Notes under the pieces: generated by a model
Databases searched by the model: none
Told to the model about the DNA's origin: nothing
The model's input: the letters and a program-made list of their open reading frames with translations, nothing else
Translations under genes and position numbers: made by a program
From: Candidatus Aenigmatarchaeota archaeon
GTDB taxonomy: Archaea > Aenigmatarchaeota > Aenigmatarchaeia > GW2011-AR5
DNA length: 29,129 bases
Assembly: GCA_043799385.1 (NCBI GenBank)
Contig: JAZDNV010000017.1
Span: 1 to 29,129 of the forward strand
Reading direction: 5' to 3'
Shown: piece after piece, positions 1-6,585 of the stretch
Layout: the number at the start of each line of letters is the position of its first letter
How positions within the stretch are numbered: the first letter of the stretch is position 1

Positions 1-675
1 TGAACATCTTTTCATTCTATCGAGCTTGCCGAAATATGTAAATACCGGCGATTCGCTAACTTTATATTTGGAGAAGTCATACGGTTTGGCATTTGGATTA
101 AACGCCTTTGTGTCAACACTCCTTCGCAGTGAAACAAACCTATCACGTTCCATACCCAACTCTGATAACATGCCTATTTTATCTCCACGTATCATGGCTT
201 TATCAGAAAATTTGAATACCTCGATGAATGCTGTACGCAGGAACGGAGAATCAAATAGCGTTGTTATGTCGCTGCCAGCATGCCTGACTATCATTGGTTT
301 TTTTGTCACGTGTTTTGCTATTAAAGCAGAGACGCCATACGGCAGTAGGTATTCTGAATATATCACATCAGGGTCGTGTTTTCTTATAACATCTATGGAT
401 AAGCTTGCTATTTTTGTAACATAAGAATTTAAATATGGTATAGGCGGTGATCTAGGGCGGTCGTTTTGCGTGCTGAACAGATGGACGTTTTTCGGCTCTA
501 ATTTTCCAGATTCCTCTTCTTGTATAACCTCTCTAAACGTTTCTTCCACTTCCCAGCAATTGCTCACAACGAAAACTTCATGCCCTACCTCGCCCAAGCC
601 TTTTGCCAGCCAGTATATACCAGACGATACACCGCCCTCGATAGGCGGATATTTAGAAATTATGCAGATTTTCAT
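1..675 (-). CDS. Glycosyltransferase family 4 (GT-B fold), N-terminal part; runs off the window's left edge
   Basis: Not in the ORF track. Read manually from ATG at 675: MKICIISKYPPIEGGVSSGIYWLAKGLGEVGHEVFVVSN...DPDVIYSEYLLPYG...KPMIVRHAGSDI, a typical GT4 N-terminal domain. The frame appears open to position 1. Confidence 0.85.
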   Translation of the reverse strand, partial: MKICIISKYPPIEGGVSSGIYWLAKGLGEVGHEVFVVSNCWEVEETFREVIQEEESGKLEPKNVHLFSTQNDRPRSPPIPYLNSYVTKIASLSIDVIRKHDPDVIYSEYLLPYGVSALIAKHVTKKPMIVRHAGSDITTLFDSPFLRTAFIEVFKFSDKAMIRGDKIGMLSELGMERDRFVSLRRSVDTKAFNPNAKPYDFSKYKVSESPVFTYFGKLDRMKRCS

Positions 676-748
676 TTAATCATTAAAATATAAACAATAA
701 AATTTAATAAAGATGATTATAAGAACGGTTTTTGCGTTTAATAAATGT

Positions 749-1612
749 TTATGCTACTTCAGTGTTTTGCATAATTCTGGTGAGTTTTGCTTTGCATCCA
801 ATCTGATAGATGAAATTATACTCGTTTGAAAGCAGGCTTTCTGCAACAGCACTTTCTTCTGCCGTGATTTCAGCAAGGCAGAACCTCTTTGCCAGCATGT
901 AGTCAAAAACCTCGCATAGATCCTTCTGGTTCATATCCTGTATAGACGGCAGTATGTTGCACACTTTGCTGTTGAGCTCTTCCATTGGTATGCCGCTATT
1001 TGTGCTAAGGTCGCTTATGTTATTTGCGTGCATACAGTCCACGAAATAGTAAATCTGCATGTATGTTGATTCCCATTTTGTTTTTTCCACACCCATGATT
1101 TTGTTTGCCCATGATAATTCGCTCGTTCGGTCTAGCATCCCAAATCTGCACAATTTTGTAATAAAAGGTATATAGAATCCTTTCAAATCGTTCTCTGTTA
1201 GCGTGCTTGGTAAATTATTGTATGCAGACATGATTGCATCGGTTCTGTCTCTCATGATTTCAAAAGGCTCAAAACCTAGGTTTGCTTTCATCTGCATATA
1301 GACAAAAAGAAACGGTACCGCGCAATTTTTTTTAGAGTTGCAATCGTCAAATAACCGATCCAGATCGTTTGCTATCTGGTTTCTCTGTTCCTGCGTCAGG
1401 CTATTGAAATACCTTGGATTGTTGTATTCATTGAGGTTGCTCCATATTTCATTTATATTTAATGGTGTTGATGGCAGTTTTTGCAGATTATAGTAGTATA
1501 TCAAAGACAGTGCGACAATTATAAAAATTGCCAAAATCCAGCTGCTTTTTACTTTCTGTACTTTCGGCTGTACCTTTCGTCTCTTGTGAACGCTCCTGCT
1601 TTTTCTTTTCAT
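749..1612 (-). CDS. Membrane-anchored hypothetical protein with 8 conserved Cys (paralog A of 3422..4306)
   Basis: 287 aa with a basic N-terminus and one TM helix (WILAIFIIVALSLIYYY). Shares WAxKI, STYMQI, VCNILP and CKAxL motifs with 3422..4306. Confidence 0.75.
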   Translation of the reverse strand: MKRKSRSVHKRRKVQPKVQKVKSSWILAIFIIVALSLIYYYNLQKLPSTPLNINEIWSNLNEYNNPRYFNSLTQEQRNQIANDLDRLFDDCNSKKNCAVPFLFVYMQMKANLGFEPFEIMRDRTDAIMSAYNNLPSTLTENDLKGFYIPFITKLCRFGMLDRTSELSWANKIMGVEKTKWESTYMQIYYFVDCMHANNISDLSTNSGIPMEELNSKVCNILPSIQDMNQKDLCEVFDYMLAKRFCLAEITAEESAVAESLLSNEYNFIYQIGCKAKLTRIMQNTEVA

Positions 1613-1816
1613 ATAAACTCTATGATATTTTTAAGCTCCTGCCCTGTTATTAACTTGTTTTCCCTGATATTTAAGTTTTGTTAAGTCGTTGATATCTGCC
1701 TTTATGATGCACAGATAGATGGAAGAATCGTATTGCCGATTATACATGCGGCTTATTTGCTATTCATATCAGCAATATTTAAGATAAATTATAATTATTA
1801 TTATCAGGGTTGGACA

Positions 1817-2941
1817 ATGGATAGCAATGAAAAAAAAAGTCATCGAATAGAGACACTTTATCCACATCATTGTGTCTGGGAAATCACCCGTGCCTGCAAT
1901 ATGAGGTGTATACATTGCGGTTCAAGCGCAGGTCCGTTGACAAAAAGGCCGGACGAATTGAATACACAGGAAGCGTTGGATGTTATAAATCAGTTAAAGG
2001 AAATCGGAACAATAAAAGTCACCCTTTCCGGCGGAGAGCCTTTTCTAAGAGCAGACTGGGAAACTTTAGCAAAAGAAGTTGTCCGATTAAACATGTTCGT
2101 TTCGTTTATTAGCAATGGATTTTTGCTGAATGAGGATATAGCTGGGAGAATAAAAAGATTGAATGAAAACACTAATCTTGTACGTGTGGTATGCTTAAGT
2201 ATCGATGGTGATGAAAAAACCCACGATTATATAAGACAGACCAAGGGCTCTTTTGATAAGGTAACTCAAGCCATGGAAACGCTTAGAGATAGTGGTTTGA
2301 ATACTTCAGTGATAACACAGGTGAATAAGCTTAATCTTAAATTGCTGCCAAAGATAAGAGACAATATATTTAAATATAATAATATTGTTACTTGGCAGGT
2401 TCAAGTAGCTACTCCGTTCGGAAGGTTGGCTGAGGACCCAACGCTTTTGCTTAACCCTGGTGATTATCTCGAATTAGTAAATTTCATTGCAGAACAAAAA
2501 AGCATATTTGGAAGTAGAATCAGGATTGCTCATACCACAGGTTCATATACAGAGTCAGAGCCAATGTTAATTGGATGGGATGGTTGTTGGGCAGGATTAA
2601 AAGCTGTAGGAATTACCAGCAATGGCGGCGTGACCGGATGCCTGTCTTTGCAGGAGCCAAGGTTCATTGAAGGAAATGTGCGCACAAGAAGATTGGCGGA
2701 AATCTGGTATGATCCAAATTTTGCGTCATATAACCGTAATTTCAGAGAAGAGCTTCTGGAAGGTTATTGCAAGGAATGCGACCACCGCATAAAATGTCGT
2801 GGCGGTTGCAAAAATACAGCATATTCATTCTCCGGTTCACTTCATAATAATTTCTATTGTGCCCATAGAATCAGCCTTGGAGAAGTTCCCAAAGAAATAA
2901 AGTCAACCAGAACATCCGGGTGTGGTCAATACCATCCTTAG
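1817..2941 (+). CDS. Radical SAM/SPASM domain protein, putative peptide maturase
   Basis: CNMRCIHC (CxxxCxxC) in WEITRACNMRCIHCGSSAG, and SGGEP. Full SPASM Cys set: CWAG...GC-LSL...GNV...IW...CKEC...CRGGC...NNFYC. ATG 1817 (MDSNEKK) is preferred over the TTG at 1733 in the track. Confidence 0.9.
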   Translation: MDSNEKKSHRIETLYPHHCVWEITRACNMRCIHCGSSAGPLTKRPDELNTQEALDVINQLKEIGTIKVTLSGGEPFLRADWETLAKEVVRLNMFVSFISNGFLLNEDIAGRIKRLNENTNLVRVVCLSIDGDEKTHDYIRQTKGSFDKVTQAMETLRDSGLNTSVITQVNKLNLKLLPKIRDNIFKYNNIVTWQVQVATPFGRLAEDPTLLLNPGDYLELVNFIAEQKSIFGSRIRIAHTTGSYTESEPMLIGWDGCWAGLKAVGITSNGGVTGCLSLQEPRFIEGNVRTRRLAEIWYDPNFASYNRNFREELLEGYCKECDHRIKCRGGCKNTAYSFSGSLHNNFYCAHRISLGEVPKEIKSTRTSGCGQYHP

Positions 2942-3012
2942 GGTTATATAAAAAATTCTATTTTTTCTCTGATAAATGAGAAATAAAGATTGATTTATTC
3001 GGTGGAATTAAA

Positions 3013-3390
3013 CTAGGCATAGGCGCCACCCGTAGTGCATCCACCATATGCCACACATCCCGCTGTAGTACATCCCGTCGTGCACGCAGTCGTACATGCC
3101 GTCGTGCACGCAGTCGTACAACCGCACGAAGTCGTACAACCGCAACCACCACAACCCGCAGTCGTACAACTCGTCGTACAGCTAGCGCTGCCGTGTGAGC
3201 TTGTATGCTGTCCTGTTATTGTACTCGGTTCTGTAAATCCTACAGTGGTGCCTGATATATGAGTTGCTGCCGCTGCTCCTACACCGACCAGTAATGCGCC
3301 TAGCGACAGTGCAGCCTGCTTGGAGACCTTTCCCTCCTCACCCAGCAAGAATGCGCATATCGTGGCCTTGATCTTTGGAAGTATTGACAT
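3013..3390 (-). CDS. Putative RiPP precursor: His-Xaa-Ser repeat (HxsA-like) protein with a Cys/Thr-rich repeat tail
   Basis: 125 aa. Leader ...FLLGEEGKVSKQ followed by a hydrophobic stretch. Motifs HIS (44-46), HTS (62-64) and HGS (66-68), then 13 Cys and nine CTT triplets. Co-oriented downstream of hxsB, with its own TATA-like box. Confidence 0.8.
   Translation of the reverse strand: MSILPKIKATICAFLLGEEGKVSKQAALSLGALLVGVGAAAATHISGTTVGFTEPSTITGQHTSSHGSASCTTSCTTAGCGGCGCTTSCGCTTACTTACTTACTTGCTTAGCVAYGGCTTGGAYA
3061..3180. repeat. Imperfect 12-nt coding tandem repeat (CTTA/CTTS/CTTG units) inside the precursor
   Basis: gtcgtgcacgca-gtcgtacatgcc-gtcgtgcacgca-gtcgtaca at 3077-3120. Positions 3075-3096 and 3099-3120 are identical (24-nt period). 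More gtcgtaca copies occur up to 3180. Confidence 0.85.
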
Positions 3391-3411
3391 AATTATCTAT
3401 TGTTTCTTTAG

Positions 3412-3419
3412 TTAATAAA
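3412..3419 (-). promoter_or_regulatory. Putative archaeal TATA box for the precursor gene (leaderless-type spacing)
   Basis: Minus strand TTTATTAA lies 22-29 nt upstream of ATG 3390, within a 31-nt intergenic gap with no SD motif. Confidence 0.5.
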
Positions 3420-3421
3420 TA

Positions 3422-4306
3422 TTACAAAATACTTTTAAGCATAGCTTTGCACTCCTTCTGGTGGTTTGATTCGTAATCCTTAAGGAGTATGTTCTCTGCG
3501 GAAGCCCGCTCTTCTTCAGTGATATTGATTGAGCAGAACTGCTTTATTCGTAAGTAATTATGAATTTTACACGGGTCTTCTCGAATTATATTGTTGAAAG
3601 CTGGCAAGATATTGCATACCATATTGTTTAATTTATTCAGGCTCATGTTGAGCCTTTGGCTAAGATCTTTAGTTGTATCTGCTTTTATGCATTCGACCAT
3701 ATAGCTAATCTGCATATAAGTGGATATCCAATTTTTCTTGTCGATTAAAATGATTTTTTCTGCCCAATAAGTCTTATCCTGGTCACTAAACCAGTAAGTA
3801 GGGAATTTATCCGTTCCATTGAAAAAGTGTGTATTGCACATCTGTATTAATAGTGGCACAAGGTATCCATTCAAATCGTCCTCTCTTAATGTCGGATAAT
3901 CTTTTAATAAATTTAAGTATATTTCTACAATCTTGTGATTAAAAATTTCATTGTCTATAGAATTCATGTTTCCCCAGCCTATTGGTGCATTCTCAATTTC
4001 AACTATAACAAATCGTGTCCTTAGGTAAGTATATATAAAATGAACGTTGCAATTCTCGTTTAGTGCCCAATTCTTGCATCTTTCATATAGTAAATTATTG
4101 AAAGATTTGACGAGTTGAGCTCTTTGCGTATTCGATAGGTTTTCGAGATATAATTTATTGGCATATTGTGCAGAATTTTCCAGTATTTTGTTTGGGTCTA
4201 TAATTTCCTCATTCTTGGAAAATTGGTAATAATAGAGACCAATGCATAAAATAATAATTAAGAAAAAGACTGTTAACTCTACCTTTCTTTTCATGTCAGA
4301 CATCAT
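3422..4306 (-). CDS. Membrane-anchored hypothetical protein with 8 conserved Cys (paralog B of 749..1612)
   Basis: 294 aa with an N-terminal TM (LTVFFLIIILCIGLYYY). Colinear similarity to 749..1612 is visible by eye. Confidence 0.75.
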   Translation of the reverse strand: MMSDMKRKVELTVFFLIIILCIGLYYYQFSKNEEIIDPNKILENSAQYANKLYLENLSNTQRAQLVKSFNNLLYERCKNWALNENCNVHFIYTYLRTRFVIVEIENAPIGWGNMNSIDNEIFNHKIVEIYLNLLKDYPTLREDDLNGYLVPLLIQMCNTHFFNGTDKFPTYWFSDQDKTYWAEKIILIDKKNWISTYMQISYMVECIKADTTKDLSQRLNMSLNKLNNMVCNILPAFNNIIREDPCKIHNYLRIKQFCSINITEEERASAENILLKDYESNHQKECKAMLKSIL

Positions 4307-4371
4307 ATTCTAAACAATATATATTCACTTATAATAATCACATCTCCTAATATTTAAAAATAAAAAGAGGC

Positions 4372-5820
4372 TCATCGTTCTGGTCTTACCCATTTTGTAA
4401 TTATCTCACGGTCCTTTGACAGCAGTCGCCTGAAAACCTCCTTGGTTTGTTCGCCTCTGATTTTGCAGACGAAATTCGGGAATCGTGGCACAAGCGTGCC
4501 CGTTTCTCCATAAGCTGACACAAGGCATGGCGAGCAGAATGCGTGCCAGACGCAGCTCTCGCAAGACGATGATAAACAGGACGACAGTGAGATGAACGAG
4601 GAGACGTTCTCTGAAGTGAATACTTCTTTATAGCTATTGCTCTTTACATTGCCTAGTCTGAACGTCTCGTTCGACCGCGCTTCGTCACACGTATAAATAT
4701 CACCGCGTTCGTTGTAGGCGCACTGGATCGTTCCGACGCCGCAAGGCGAGTTGAGGCAGGCGTTGAATGTAGATTTCTTACACAGAATCCTTGACAATAT
4801 GAAGGACGTCGTTTCATCCCAAAACTTGGTGACCATACTATTTAGGTCTATTACGTATTGCAGGTAATCTTTCCAGAATTTTATGAACTCTTCTGGCGTA
4901 TAGCCAATTTTATCCCAGGCGTTGATGGCCATACCAGCTATATTAAGTTCCCTCATCCTCGTATGGTCGAACCCGCGTTTTATGTATTCGTCGACGATCT
5001 CTTTTGCATATGGCAGCGAATGTTTTGTGATCGTGGGTATAGCACTGATTTGGATACCCCTTCTCTTTATTATCTCGATCCATTTTACAGCATCATCGTA
5101 GCTGCTGTTGCCGTTTCTGCACGGACGGTTCCTGTCATGCAGTTCCTTGGGCCCGTCGAGTGACGTGCATACCCTTATCTTATTTTCAGTAATATAATTC
5201 AGGATATCCTCATCCATCAGTGTCAGATTTGTCACAATCATGAAAGAAATATTTCTGTCTCCGGTATACCATCCACGCTCATCCGGTTTCGGTGATTTAT
5301 TCTTCTCTTTCGTATAATCTACGATATACTTAACGATTGGAAAATTCAGCAGCGGCTCGCCGCCCTGGAATTCGATATTCAGGAATTTCGATGGCGACTG
5401 GAAGATAAAGTCGACGACTGCCTTTGCAGTAGTTTCGTCCATGTCGTACTCCTTTGAATTAATATCCTTGGATAACGCATGGCAATAAATGCAGTTCTGG
5501 TTACATCTTAATGTGGGCACGATTATATGCAGATTTATGCCATTGAATAGGTAATTGAATCTCTGTTTGCACGTATCGACCATATCATTTGTATTCTTTT
5601 CTGTTATGATTATTCCCCTTTCTTCTAGAACATCGAAAAGATGCGGGTCTTCATTTATTTTATTTCTTATAAGAAGATCATACTCATTCTTTGAGAGAAC
5701 TATCCATGAACCATGGTCAGTCGTTACAAGAATATGCTCGTCGTCGAACTTATGCGTAAGAAACTTATTGGCCGTATATGGTACATTATTGATGATATTC
5801 TCATTCAGGTAGTAAACCAT
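4372..5820 (-). CDS. hxsB: His-Xaa-Ser system radical SAM maturase HxsB
   Basis: LHIIVPTLRCNQNCIYCHA, IEFQGGEPLLNF, TSLDGP..LHDRNR, SPCGVGTIQCAYNERGDIYTCDEAR and CESCVWHAFCSPC match HxsB-type motifs. Has an N-terminal RRE-like region and lies next to HxsD-like genes and an HxS peptide. Confidence 0.88.
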   Translation of the reverse strand: MVYYLNENIINNVPYTANKFLTHKFDDEHILVTTDHGSWIVLSKNEYDLLIRNKINEDPHLFDVLEERGIIITEKNTNDMVDTCKQRFNYLFNGINLHIIVPTLRCNQNCIYCHALSKDINSKEYDMDETTAKAVVDFIFQSPSKFLNIEFQGGEPLLNFPIVKYIVDYTKEKNKSPKPDERGWYTGDRNISFMIVTNLTLMDEDILNYITENKIRVCTSLDGPKELHDRNRPCRNGNSSYDDAVKWIEIIKRRGIQISAIPTITKHSLPYAKEIVDEYIKRGFDHTRMRELNIAGMAINAWDKIGYTPEEFIKFWKDYLQYVIDLNSMVTKFWDETTSFILSRILCKKSTFNACLNSPCGVGTIQCAYNERGDIYTCDEARSNETFRLGNVKSNSYKEVFTSENVSSFISLSSCLSSSCESCVWHAFCSPCLVSAYGETGTLVPRFPNFVCKIRGEQTKEVFRRLLSKDREIITKWVRPER

Positions 5821-5828
5821 TCGATCAC

Positions 5829-6110
5829 TTATCTAAAACCTTTTACTATCTCCGGGACTTTTCCATCGTTTTTTATTATGCCCAGAACATAATTGTAGAA
5901 TTCGTGACCAAGTATATACAAATCTATTTCCTCCGTTTTTGGTTTAAGTAACACTTGCATGATATCCTGCCCATCGACCGATGTAAAGCATACATCAGAA
6001 AAATCCTGTGAAGCTTTGAATACGCAATCGGATGGGTAAAACCTTGTATCGAAGATTACAGTAACACTCCCATCCTCTTTGTTTATGGTTATTTTGTCAT
6101 TCATTTGCAT
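5829..6110 (-). CDS. HxsD-like small protein (second copy)
   Basis: 93 aa. FDTRFYPSDCVFKASQDF...VLLKPK...LGHEFYNYVL parallels the neighbouring HxsD (VNPRLYPLEVIYSSAYIF...VQLRPK...LGREFNNELL). Confidence 0.7.
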   Translation of the reverse strand: MQMNDKITINKEDGSVTVIFDTRFYPSDCVFKASQDFSDVCFTSVDGQDIMQVLLKPKTEEIDLYILGHEFYNYVLGIIKNDGKVPEIVKGFR

Positions 6111-6541
6111 TCGTCCTTATTTTTCCACGGCTTTGCGATCTTTTCCGGATCTTCTGTATATGATGCTTCATTTCTGGGGTGGTGAATAAATCGATGCTCT
6201 TGCTTGCCGTCCTGCTCGTTCGTGAGCAGTGCTCTGCGCATTATAGTTTCGCGCAAGCCCTGATTTTTCACAGTCCTATGCAGGTAAACCATGTAATTGA
6301 GTAATTCGTTGTTGAATTCACGACCCAATTCTTCGATATCTGAATCGTTCTTTGGTCTTAGCTGAACCAGAATCTCCTCTTTAGGGTCGCCGTCTATCAT
6401 GACGAATGCACGGTCAATAAAAATATATGCAGAGGAATATATCACCTCCAACGGATATAATCTTGGATTCACGGAAACATTTACGAACTTATCTTTTCTA
6501 TGCAGTTCAAGATTGTCTATCATCTGAATATCTTCTTCCAT
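6101..6541 (-). CDS. hxsD: His-Xaa-Ser system protein HxsD
   Basis: NPRLYPLEVIYSSAYIFIDRAFV...EELGREFNNELLNY...LRETIMRRAL is an HxsD-like pattern. ATG 6541 follows an SD-like GGGGTG and avoids overlap with the divergent gene (the track starts at 6595). Confidence 0.8.
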   Translation of the reverse strand: MEEDIQMIDNLELHRKDKFVNVSVNPRLYPLEVIYSSAYIFIDRAFVMIDGDPKEEILVQLRPKNDSDIEELGREFNNELLNYMVYLHRTVKNQGLRETIMRRALLTNEQDGKQEHRFIHHPRNEASYTEDPEKIAKPWKNKDECK

Positions 6542-6585
6542 TAGAACACCCCATAGTATTAATATACTAGAGTTTAAATTATTTT

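Noticed and set aside
26..679. Plus-strand ORFs 26..424 and 470..679
   Set aside because: Antisense shadows of the minus-strand GT4 gene, with non-ATG starts and no motifs.
1733..1816. N-terminal extension of the rSAM/SPASM ORF from TTG 1733
   Set aside because: AT-rich promoter-like sequence. ATG 1817 gives a normal distance to the CxxxCxxC motif.
1817..2941. Calling this enzyme HxsC
   Set aside because: It has a full SPASM domain and PqqE/NirJ-like motifs, is on the opposite strand from hxsB, and lacks features I associate with HxsC.
3061..3180. Possible mini-CRISPR or non-coding repeat array
   Set aside because: Units are 12 nt, contiguous and in frame, with no spacers and no cas genes.
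2958..3262. ORFs 3035..3262 (+, HAVV repeats) and 2958..3152 (-, VRLRARR repeats) as separate peptides
   Set aside because: They are alternative frames of the CTTA coding repeat. The 3013..3390 frame has the leader, the HxS motifs, a promoter and operon context.
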